64,000 nucleotides of DNA from Lingula anatina (lineage: Eukaryota > Animalia > Brachiopoda): NCBI GenBank assembly GCA_051362555.1, contig CM120640.1, positions 57,452,788 through 57,516,787 of the forward strand, read 5' to 3'. The notes beneath the pieces were generated by a model that saw only the letters and a program-made list of their open reading frames with translations, did not search any database and was not told the DNA's origin. Positions 49,251-61,000 of this stretch are shown here, in pieces (position 1 is the first letter of the stretch; the number at the start of each line of letters is the position of its first letter). A program made the position numbers and the translations under genes.

Positions 49251-50379
49251 TACCTGTCGCAGTACTTACATCAGGAATGGATTCTGCAACCCCTAAGATA
49301 TAGATAAACTGCGAGGCGCTGAGATTTACGGAAACTAGAGTAAATATTTTGCAAGTACCCTGAGTGTCAGGGAACTATAAAGCTAGCTGGCTCACTATAC
49401 TTTTCCAACTTTTCGCTTTACAGTGGTGTTGCTGATGTGGGTAACAAATGAAATCAAGATCGAGCAATACCGATATCTAGAACCTAGGTTTTATTTCGCG
49501 TAAAACACCGAGTACTTAACCCAGTTTGAAGCACGGTTTATTAACCCTGACGCTTTGAATGACCATTTACACTAATTAGGGGGGTCCTACCAAATCGTGC
49601 AGATCCCGTGAACGTTGGAGAAAGTGCTTTTATTGAACAGAACAACAAGCACAGTAACTTCCAGTTTTGTTTACTTTTATAATACATATATTCGGTTTTA
49701 TGGCCGCGAAATATTCCTCTGGGATTGCGGGTGGCAGAAATATTTCCAATTTTCTGATAGCCCATGTAAAAATATTCACTGGGCAGTAGAAGTGCCTCAT
49801 GACCGATGTTGCATTATGCAAATACCTCAAAGGGATAATTTATTTCTTTGGAAGATCATCTTTCACATGCCACTTCCAAAGGCCGATTTTAAAGGCGATC
49901 AATAGTCAGAGAAGAGGGCATCAAATCTCGATCATGTCATCATTTCTACAGCACACTCTACAAACATTTTGGGTAATACTGAGAGAGTCTCCCAATATTA
50001 CCCAAAATGTTTGTAGATACCGGAATTTATGTGGAATGAAGAAAATTTAACGAACACATGACTAAGGTGACCTGCTGCATACAGCTTTTTGACATTACAA
50101 GTAGTTAGGAAGAAATCCTATCAAAAAGTAATAATAAATAAAATAATATATATCTGGACTAGTAACCATTGCAGCAATCTCTGTTTATTTTTATTTCTAA
50201 ATGTACAGTATGTATTAAAACATGAATAAATGTTCAATTTTTCTTTTATGTTGTTTGTTTTTTTCTTGCATGATTATTGAAGCTTGTAACATGATGATTC
50301 TGAGCAGCCCACAAATTATGCCATCACAACGGAACACCATTTTGAATAGTGGTTTTTATTGAAGACAGAATATCTAACA

Positions 50380-51135
50380 GGATTCATGGTACAGAAAATA
50401 CACAATGCCGGTGAAGATACACACATTTTATTGCCATTTATTCAAATTTAGAGAATGCATTTAATCAAAATTGATGTGCCACAGTGATTTCCAAAGGTGT
50501 AAAAGATTCCTATTAAATTAAAAGAACACCACCAAATGTCAACAAATTTAAACACAATTAGCATCAGCATGTGCTCGCAAAGGTCACGCGTCTAATATCG
50601 TGTGTGGCTACCGCTTACTGCAATTATCTTCTGTAGGCGGCGCGACATTCCTTCAACAAAGAGTTTTACCAATTATTCTACCATTTATTTAAATTCAGAA
50701 AATGCATCCCATCGAAATTGATGTTCCACACTTATTTCCGAAGGGGTAAAAATTCATATTAAATTAAAAGAACACTACCAAATGTCAACAAATTTACACA
50801 CAATTAGCATCAGCATGTGCTCGCAAAAAGTCACGCGTCTAATAGCATGTGTGGCTACCGTGTGCTGCAATCATCTCCTGTAGGCGGCGCGACATGCCTT
50901 CAACAAAGGGTAACAAATCTGTTTTGTGGAAAATTATCCCATTCGTCCAGAAAAAAACTTTGTGGGTTTGTTTCAGATTATTAGGGGCTTGGTCCTCAAT
51001 TTCACACCACAGGTGTTCAATAGGGTTGCTATCAGGGGTTTAAAATGGCTCTTCCATATACAAAACATTGCGTTTCTGCCGCAAATCACTCATCAGACGA
51101 GAACTGTGAGCAAGTGTGTTGTCATGATGAAGGTT
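50380..51135. mobile_element. Tc1 family third fragment with internal ~240-bp tandem duplication
   Basis: CACCAAATGTCAACAAATTT.ACAC.ATTAGCATCAGCATGTGCTCGCAAA occurs twice; homologous to 13930-14450. Confidence 0.75.
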
Positions 51136-51647
51136 GTAGTAATATTTGAATCCACCTCTTGCCTAACAATAATTTTGCCTAACAATATTGCGAACATTGC
51201 ATCTGTGGTACTATGGATGGGACAGGCACCAAATTGAGCATCACTCATTATATCATTTTATTTAGATGGAAATAGCTTACACATACAACTGATTAGGATC
51301 ATTACCCTATAATATCTTAGGGAAATAACCTTTGCCAAACAGTGAATTGAATATGGCACGTAGAAATGCCATTAGAATTTCCGAAAATTCTATAAAATAC
51401 GCATTTAGAATGACGTAATGCCCATCACTTTAATTACCAGTATACTTAAACGATTTAATGGATCTTTTATTTCTTCTATCGTGATTTTGCGGTTTAATTC
51501 CAATGAGATACCTAAAACTTGCATTTTGGGGGCATTGCGTATCTCATCTCCCCCTTTATCACTGCACAAGTTTCTTAATTACTGAAAAAATCATTTATCG
51601 ATGTACTGGATAGTACGCTTGACGCTACAGGGCCTGATTTTTTTTCT

Positions 51648-52368
51648 TATTTCCTCGGCAATCTATACTCAATTTGACACTGGGTTATGATAGACAAATG
51701 TATGACGGTTTATTTCAGGGTGGTCGTCCTATTTGAATAGAGGAGACACGTATCAATGTCGTTCATGGTTTCATTGAATAGTTATCCACTGTATAGTTCA
51801 AAGAAGTTCTTTGAAAAACTACATGCACAAAACCTGTTTTAACCCTTGCGTTGAATGTTAACATGTATAAGAGCCAAGTTTTCCATTTCTGTCAAGATAT
51901 ATATATTCATATTTCTCATATAAAGTCACACTTGTGAAACCAATAATTACCGTTATGCTGCATTTTAAATGGTCTTATTCCTAGTGCAATATATAGAGAA
52001 ATATGATCGCCCAAAGACCAACAATATAGTAAATTTGCCGCGAGAGTACAGAAAAGTAGACATTGTTTCAATTATGATTATGAAATGATTGCTTGTTTCT
52101 TTATCATCAAAATAAATTATCTTATTAAAAGTAATATTGTTGGTTGATTCATTGATTATTGGGATTTAAGTGGCGTGTAAATTTACGTAATTACCAATCA
52201 AATATTTACAACAAGGCTAAAATGTCCATTTTTCGCACCTTACGCTGATTTTAGCGCCCTCAATACCACAGCCCATTGGTTTTATAGGACGACCACCCTA
52301 AAATAAATCGTCATACATTTGTCTATTATAACCCCGTGTCAAACCGAGTACAGATTGCCGAGGAAATA
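51648..52368. mobile_element. MITE with ~85-bp TIRs
   Basis: TATTTCCTCGGCAATCT...GGTGGTCGTCCTAT mirrored by ATAGGACGACCACC...AGATTGCCGAGGAAATA. Confidence 0.75.
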
Positions 52369-52790
52369 AAAGTTACTTTATAGACCTCTTTTCAGGATCA
52401 GCGTCTAGTCTTCTATAGGTAGTTTTCTGTATAGCAAAACTCTCATAGAATTATCTGGGCTTATTTTTCCTCATAATTTCCAAGTTGTTAGGAATACTTA
52501 GCGCAAGAATATAATGTCGTTTTAGTCAACGCTCACATTTTATAGGCCGTCTTACAGGCTTATAGAGATATTTAGTTGTCTGCCGACTTACATCTATTGA
52601 ACAAGAATAGTGCTTTTTATATAGTAAATGCACACTATTTTATGCCACACGTGTCATCACAAATTGTTTAATGGTTTATATAGAGGCATTTCTCTCTCTT
52701 CTTCATTAGTGCAAAATACCCTGTAATAACCTTTCGATCTCAAGTACACAGTACCCTAAGCACGTTTAATTAGTGGCCTCTAGTGGTCAA

Positions 52791-53011
52791 GCCCCCTTTA
52801 CACTGGACGGCGTCCTTTCTGCGTCCAGCAGTCCGGCCCCATTTGAGAGTTAAAAAATTATAATATTTTACGTGCCGACAACTGGCCGATCATTGAGCAT
52901 TCATTCTGATACAAAATTAATGCTCGTGCCTCCTTATTAAGACCACAGCGATGCCAAATTTCATGGTCGCAGAGAGGACGCAGAAAGGACGCCGTCCAGT
53001 GTAAAGGGGGT
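52791..53011. mobile_element. Harbinger-like MITE
   Basis: CCCCCTTTACACTGGACGGCGTCCTTTCTGCGTCC and its perfect inverted copy at the other end. Confidence 0.8.
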
Positions 53012-53299
53012 ATCAGTAGCAAAGGGATCTCAGCAATAATAATTCAAATGGGTCCTGCAAGCACACTCAACTCCCACCGAGGAAAGAAAGATGCAATCAT
53101 TTTATGTCAGTCTCGTATACTAGTGTTTAGTCAGCACTTCGGTGATTTCAGGATATATTTATATATATATATTGTTAATCAAAGAACCGGGCGAATCCAA
53201 AGTGTAAAGGTCACAGATCGGGACCTAGTATTTCAAATAGTTAAGTGACCCTATGTAAAGTTTCTACTCTTGGCATGAGATGGGAGCCTCCTATTTCCA

Positions 53300-53541
53300 C
53301 CCCTTGCAAAAATTTGTCTCATTTAACGCTCACTTGCGATTCTAAATCTGTCCTAGAACATAATGTTTTTCATGAAAAATGTTCTTAATCTGTTCTAGGA
53401 CATTCTGAACGACTTAACAAAAACAGTTCTTGAACTGTTATATTGATTACAGAACAACATAGAACTGTAAAAAATATACCAAATGATCTAGAATAGACTG
53501 AGAACCGTGTTAAATGTTAAATGACACAAATTTAGCAGGGG
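53300..53541. mobile_element. MITE, same family as 17343-17579
   Basis: Reverse-complement homology across the whole length. Confidence 0.75.
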
Positions 53542-54506
53542 ATAATAATTGTTATAAAAAGAGATGTAGAATCAGCGAAACTCATTGGACGATATGTGGG
53601 GATGATAACTGAAACTCATGTTAATGCAACACGTGTCAAGACAGATTATGGCCTAGATAGAGACATTTTTCTCTTTCTCATCAGTGCAAAATAGGTTTGT
53701 TATCGTTGGTTTCCAGCAAAGGGATTTAATCTTAGTGCTTCTTAACGGACAAAGCTATAGCAATGCATTTACAGTACGTAGTGGAAGAAACGCCCCTCTT
53801 TCTAATCAAACAAATAAGGCATACATACCAAATACTGATTTAATTTCACAAAAAAAAAAAAAAAAAAAAAATTATCATGTCTTGGTTTATGAAGGGTTTT
53901 CACATGAAAATCAGCCTGTGGATCGTTTAGGAAACCTTTAGTGTTATGTGTCATACATTATTCTAAGAACTGAACGTTTTAAGCTATGACAATGATTTTG
54001 TACTAACTGTCCCATAATTGACAATGTTGCATAAAGCTGCAACTTTCGAAATTGTATTCTTAGATATTTCTTCACGCATTCTTGTCGTTAGATATATGAT
54101 ACACAGAGTTTGAGGTCAAAATATATAGTAAAATTAGAAAAGCAATCAGAGAGTGTACATCTTTTTAATTTTATTAATTAGTTAAAACTAATTAATTGAT
54201 CAAAAGGATAACTACCAAAATCGAATCCTTCGTTAATTGCAAACTTTCCAACAGTTTCTGTAAATTTCATCAAAATCCGTCGGCAAAGTTTTGCTGAAGG
54301 TTACATGTACTAACGGATAGACAGACAAACGGGAAACGACCAAAACCAACCTTTTTGGCAGAAGTAAAAACATTCAGGTGTGACGAACTAAAGCAAAGGT
54401 AAGATATAATGCACGATGAATTTATCGCAAATCGAAATTTTTGCATGGTTTGATAAAAATAAAAAAATCCATACCATCTTGTATTGATGTTTGGGTTTTT
54501 ACTTAC

Positions 54507-54876
54507 ACATGGCCTCTCCAAGATACCATACTTCTTTGCAGTAAAACTCGGCTATAGCTGTCGGCATACACACCAGAAGGACAAACAAGTCGGCAATACT
54601 GAGGTTAGCAAGAAGCAAGTTGGTCGAGTTCCTCATATCTTTGTTACGCCAGAGTACAAAAAGGACTAGTCCGTTGCCTGCTACTCCACACAAAAATATC
54701 ACGCTATAGAATATCGAAACGTATATCAAAACATAAAGTGGGTTCTCTGGTGTTGTAGCGTTGTCTAATTTTGAACAAGTTTCGTTTAGCTGACTAGAAT
54801 AATTTAGAAAACCCACTTCAAATGGCGTTGATAAAAGTCTGGTATTGTTGGTGGAAAGAGCTGAAGTATTTTCCAT
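54507..54876 (-). CDS. ETHR: Ecdysis-triggering hormone receptor-like GPCR, exon 1 (N-terminus, TM1-TM2)
   Basis: N-glycosylation-rich N-terminus; GVAGNGLV; KDMRNSTNLLLANLSIADLFVLLVCMP; WYLGEAM T|gtaagt in phase 1 joins exon 2 to give MCK. Total 1398 nt = 465 aa. Confidence 0.92.
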
Positions 54877-55100
54877 GGTTGTACATTCAAGCTGTTGCTA
54901 CTGCATTAAGCGCAAAGTATATAATGTTCTCATGATAAAAACACGAGTCACAAGAATAAGCATCAACGCCTGTGATGCTTCAGCTTGTCGACTTTCCTAT
55001 GAGAGCGTGCATCGATCCACACAGAAGCGTAATAAATAGCAGCCTAACGATTAGGCAGTTGGTGTTATTCTGTCTTGGTTTAATCTGGAGTCAGTCACAG

Positions 55101-55134
55101 CAGGGAATTATATCGTAGACGATTTAATTCCCTG
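55101..55134. mobile_element. 34-bp palindrome with 7-bp TSD (P-element-like footprint)
   Basis: CAGGGAATTATATCGT-AG-ACGATTTAATTCCCTG flanked by GTCACAG (55094-55100, 55135-55141). Confidence 0.7.
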
Positions 55135-56354
55135 GTCACAGTTACGCTGTTTTATCTCCATCTAATGAGGACTTCTCTGTCTGAGCCTTTTATTGAAAAG
55201 GGGAGTGTTTTGCGCACGTCACACTGCCTTAATAGGCCTCAGCGTTCTCATTATCTGGAAATGCAAAAAAATTATTAATAAAAAGCAATTAAATATTGCA
55301 AGCGTTGCATTATAGATTTTGACTTCATATTAATCTCATGTTGGTATTCTTACCACAGGAAATTGCAAAACTGGCGTACTAACGTTTAGAATGCTTATTT
55401 TTCTCTTTTTGTGTCATTTATCAAAACTGTCATCCTCTCTGAATTCAGATAAACAAGCAACTGTCTGTTGGAGGGTAAAAATTAAAATTAAAACAACAAT
55501 GGGTTATCATCTTTGACAGTCTGTCAAAAAATTATTATGTGTTGGATTACAATGGGGGGGGGGGCTTTTTCGTGAAAAAGGATGGATTTGTCTTATTATA
55601 ACAAACAATTGCGTGTTTCCAAACATTAGTGTGTACTTTAAACTTTTTAATTCTTAGCTGAAAACAGCACTTAAATCTGGGACACAGACATACCAGTCTG
55701 CTTTGAAGCTGTGCATTATGGTAAAAAAAGCTCTCAGAATAATATTGTCAAGTTTTTTGGTCATCTCAGGGATCATCTACTGTACACACGCTAGAGAAAG
55801 TTCTTCTTCGCAAATTTTGATGCGTGAAAAAAACGGTTTGTTGTGCATTACTGTCGTTTCTGTTTTCAACTTCAGTACAAAGTATTATCTCCATTACACG
55901 TGAACAAAACAATTCGTTCAATTTCAGGATTTAAATACCTGAAATACACTCTGCTTTTCATAAAACAACAATGTGTAAGGAAATCCTGTCATCTGAGCGT
56001 GTAATCACAGATGTTATGACCCAATCCTGTTTCGTTTCCCTCAGACACACACGACAGCGAAACCACAGCTAGCGTGTACTGTAGTTTCGTTTCCCCATTC
56101 AGATTCGGCCTAGGGACTAAGCGTAAATAGTGGAGATTTCCATTGATGACGTAATGACCCGGTCACGTGAATATTAAATGAGACTAATTAAATTAGCTAT
56201 AACCGGTTCCCACTTTTTGGCGTGTAACTCACGAAAAACAATTTCATTGCATCGCTGTTTAACCGCCGACTCAGGATCGCAGGGTTCTTTCCCAATTCTG
56301 TAAAGTTAAGTGTACTCTTGAGAGAAAAGTTTCATTAGCTCTGTATGTATCAAT

Positions 56355-56726
56355 TTAAATTATTGTTTTTCTTTTTATCAAGAGCTTATAAAATATGTAG
56401 GTTTTACCTCCAATATTTCTGTGACTGTCAGTCACCATCATCAGGGAGTAAATGACTAGGGTCATTTCACCTGGAATGAAAATCCACGTCAATTGCCCCT
56501 ATCTATCTCACGGTGCTCCAGAGGGATGCAGAGGAGCCCCGGGGGGAAGGTGTAACAGTTACAACACAAGGCCAGTGATTAGGGGCAATTGACCTGGATT
56601 TTCATTCCAGGTGAAATGACCCTAGTCATTTACTCCCTGATGATGGTGACTGACAGTCACAGAAATATTGGAGGTAAAACCTACATATTTTATAAGCTCT
56701 TGATAAAAAGAAAAACAATAATTTAA
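56355..56726. repeat. Near-perfect 147-bp inverted repeat with 78-bp loop
   Basis: Arms 56355-56501 and 56580-56726, one visible mismatch; TTAA at both outer ends. Confidence 0.9.
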
Positions 56727-56799
56727 GTGTACTCTTGCCAGTCCGGCATGGGGCAAAACGCCCACCATAGGCATGTCTCGACGCCCATCACTACGCGCC

Positions 56800-57645
56800 T
56801 TCCGGAATTTGGAATATAGAAGAGACCGGACTTACCACTGTCCAAAAACCTGGTAAGATTATGGCGGCAAAGGGAATACGACAAATCAGTTAAGTCACAA
56901 GTGCTGAGCGGGGAGTTTTGGTGATCCTGATCTGTGCCTTCAGCGCAAAAGGAAACTTTTTGCCACCAATATATATCTTTCCAAGAAAAAGAATTGTCGA
57001 AACGCTCATGAAAGACGCACCATCAGAAGCTGCAGGATATGTGAGTCAAAGACTGCATTCCCAAAAATTTAGATCGATCTATCCGGATCGACCTAACTCC
57101 CTGGGGGTTCACGCTAAATTGCTGTCAGCCGAGCGCGTATGGCAGTTAATAACCCCCTTACAGCTTTTGGTAGGCGGGACAGACATTTAAGCCGGTTAAG
57201 CTGACACCAATCTAGTGAGACTCCCACGGGGGATAGATCGATCGATCTAAAAATCTATGGGAATGGGGTCAAATATCTATAGGAATGGGGTCAAAGACTG
57301 GGTTCCCACAGATTTAGAGCGATCGATCCATATGGATCGACCTAACTCCCTGGGGGTTCACGTTAAATTGCTGTCAGCTTCCGAGAGCCGAGCGCGCACA
57401 AAAGTTAATTACCCCCTTACAGCTTTTGGTAGGCGGGACAGACATTTAAGCCGGTTAGCTGACAGCAATCTAGTGAGACTCCCTAGGGGGATAGATCGAT
57501 CTAAATATCTATGGGAATGGTCTCAAAGTGGATGGACAGACTCGGAGTTGTTTCTCACGTGGTTAAGGCACTTCGTCAGTTTTACAGCCTGCTCTCGCCA
57601 AGACCCCGATATGATATTGTTGGATGGACATCATAGTTCAAACTG
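56800..57645 (+). pseudogene. pogo/Tigger-type (DDE_1) transposase fragment interrupted by MITEs
   Basis: IWNIEETG, TSAERG, AKGNFLPPIYIFPRK, GYVSQ|SGWTDSELFLTWLRHF and LLDGH; has an in-frame stop and an insertion. Confidence 0.85.
57051..57524. mobile_element. Tandem dimer of MITE family 'GACTGCATTCCCA' nested in the pogo transposase
   Basis: Copies 57051-57270 and 57296-57524, AAA at every junction; removing them restores GTGAGTCAAAGTGGATGG (VSQSGW). Confidence 0.88.
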
Positions 57646-57735
57646 TGAATCAGATGACTGTGATTAATATTGATATTTTTTTATTAAGATAATAGTATTA
57701 CGGAGGGTAGTTAGAAGTTAGTTTTGAGAGATTTA

Positions 57736-58067
57736 TTCTGCCAACGTTTAACATTTTCTGTCTTTTCAGAGTAGAGAAATAGGAATTAGAATCGCGAGAG
57801 AAATGGAGTGAGACTAGTTGAAAGTTATAGATACAATAGTTTCACTGTTTGATAATATACTTAGCTGTTTTTTCTGCCCACGTTTGACATTTTCCCGTCT
57901 TTTCAGAGTAGAGAAATAGGAATTAGAATTGTGAGAGAAACGGAGTGAGACTAGTTGAAAGTTATAGATACAATAATTTCACTATTTGATAATAAACTTA
58001 GCTGTTTTTTTCTGCCAACGTTTGACATTTTCCTGTCTTTTCAGAGTAGAGAAATAGGATACAATAA
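57736..58067. repeat. Tandem repeat, ~137-bp unit, ~2.4 copies
   Basis: TTCTGCC.ACGTTT.ACATTTTC..GTCTTTTCAGAGTAGAGAAATAGGA recurs three times. Confidence 0.85.
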
Positions 58068-61000
58068 TCCTTTTAGTTTTGAGTCAGAGTAATACTGTTT
58101 AAAGATAAAATAACTTAATTATAACCAATTTTTAATTTTTTCGTATCTACTCAGTTTAGCAAATGGAATGATGATTAAAGGATAGAAAGAGTACTTGAAC
58201 GTTATAAAGACAAATGTGCTGTTAGTTTTGTTAGTTTCACTGTTTAATAATAAATAAAACTCTTTATTTTGAATACATTTGATGTCTTTTTTTCTCCGTT
58301 TAAAACAATAACCCGACAAATATTCTGTTCCTTTTGAACGGTCTATACCTTCAGAAGGGAAAACTGACACGTTTCTTGCTTAAGGGGGGCGTGTAGCCCT
58401 GGTCTATCCTACAGTCTGACAACACACCATACCTTGTGTCTATCTGGGGGAACTTTATACTCCTTCCCATAGAGCAACAATTTAGTTTCTTTCTTCATTT
58501 GTGAGCTCCCGTACCTTCACCCTGGTAGGAATTTGACAGTCAGAAGACCGTTACACCTTTACACCTTACACCGATGACATCTTTTATAGTGCACATGGAT
58601 GAAAATTCATCTCTGGTTACGCGAGCAATAAACGGCAACCCCAACGCCACTTAGCACACTATTCACACAGATGGTGCAATATTTTTGTCACCCCCTATAT
58701 ATATGATATATGCTTTTGGTCGCATTTTGTGTGTAAGTATGTGTATAACACATTCAGAGAGTGGTGAGGGGGTTGGATACCCTTGAAACCCCTCTTGGAT
58801 ATTGTCTTGATGTCAAGTCCTAAATCACACACTTATGGTGTTAAGATCAATAGCTTAATATGCGTTCCACAAGTTTTGGTTTAAAATTACAACTTCATGA
58901 ACGTGATTCGGATTTCATTATTTGGGTTACAAGAAATAAAAGGGAAACTTCACGCGTTCGAATATTGCCCACAGTCCCGAAAAGCGTCTTATATTTTCTA
59001 ATTCAGACCTTAAAGACGATCAAACCCCTTCAATTAAAGTATGTCTGCAGTGTACCTAGTGTCGTATTAATCTTCGCAGCCTTGTCAGGTAGCCATGGTG
59101 CCTTGCAACGTCTTTTTATGCACAGAATAAGGCCGTAATACAAAACAGCAGGCCATATTCTTGTTCAACTGCATAGTGTGTCTCAAATAAACAAGCAACT
59201 GCGTATTGAATTGCAAAATAAACTTAATACAGGGGAATAAAGCAGATAGATTAGTTTATGGAACAAATGATGGTCTTCGGCCCTTTTTGCCCATAGGGAA
59301 TCAGCAGCTGTCATTAAACAAATTCCATACCAGAGAACGACGATATGTAGGCCTACATCAACCAAACGTGATAGAGTTGCATCAGCCATTATGTGACCTC
59401 TCCTCATCAACTCCTATCTTCAAGAGATACGCGGACTATCTCGTTTTCTATATCGTGATCTGGAGGTCTGCATGACCTTCTAACTTGATCAACCACAACC
59501 AATGCCATATTTAGACCACATCAATATCAATTATTAACCAAAACACATTTGGGTTTTAATTATTTTAATCATTTTCTTTCAAGGATGTACTAGCTTTTTT
59601 TTCCCTTAAGCTATCAACTGAACAACAAACTTGCAAGTCTAATGTAATGGGGCCATATGGTTGGAGAATTCTTGCTTTCTGGGAATTAACTACTATAATT
59701 CAACAATGTGTTTATGTTGAACATAACATATCATATCTTACATAGCATACCCATATCAAAGCTCTTCATTGTTGTATTACCACCCTTAGACAGACAGAAA
59801 ACAATTTGTAGCAGAGAGTCAGCTGGGACTCGTAGAAACCCCATTCTTTTGTTTAACTTTAGTTCATTTTTACAGAGCATTTATGTTCCGGTAAATCTCT
59901 GAAAATAATGTAGGTGGTTAGTTAAAAATGTACTAGTACAAACTGAAGGAAACTGGACTGTAAGTTAAATAACTTTCTTGTAGTTTGAGTAAATTGACTT
60001 CAAATAAGCTTAGATCATGCAGAAAAATTAAGCACGATGAAATGTTGATAATGAAAATGTATGATCATACTACAGACGACAAGATTATTTTTATTCTAAT
60101 CTTAACCAGTCTAGATGATGCTGTTCATTCATACGTACCTTCCTGTTATTGCTTTATCTTCTCTGTCTATGCTTTTTTTCAGTATTATTTCATGTTTTGT
60201 CAGTTATAAAAGATGCCACGTTAGCATTTTATAGACAACAAGTCGCCCATTGTATACGTCATACATGAGTGTAATTACATCGAAGCACAGCTCTTGCTGC
60301 CGCATACATGTATGTAGTGGGCGAGGTGCCACGGCTGGCTCTGTGAAAAACAGGATGATTGCACTTTATTTTAATTTTACGCTTGTCGGTATTGTTATCC
60401 GCTTCAGTGTCTTGAAAGTGAAACAAAATTGCAGCAACTTCATTTATTCTTGAAACATCCTGTTAAGATTTACAGCAAATTTGCCACAATTCTTTTACTG
60501 CTTGTTTGCTGCAAACTTTTGATTTTGAACACAATCTAACAGCAAAAACCTTACTTTCTGAGGAAAATGAGTAAACATGTTACAAGTGATACCAAAGACA
60601 TCTACAATTGCTTTCAAACATATCACTTAAATCAATATACAAAGAATTGCTAAAAATGCCTCCAAAATGCTGTTTATTCAAGGTTGAGATTTAGTCCGAG
60701 CGAAATTTTCGGAACCTAGAAATTCCGAATCCTATGAAAAATTTAATTGAGTCGGGGTCCCGTGGTCGATGGAGCAAATTTAGCATGGGCAATTAAATAT
60801 ATCCAAAATGGCCATCAATACCCATAGAAATAATTATGCACCCTAAAATTTTCTTAAAAAATTTTATTATCACACTTTTAGACATAACTTTGAGACGTCT
60901 ATAGAATTTCACTCAGTGATTAAAAAACACAATCGAAGGATGTGGAGAAATATCCCGAGGATGCTAACCCCAGGGAAGCAGATGCAGATGTAGAATCAGT

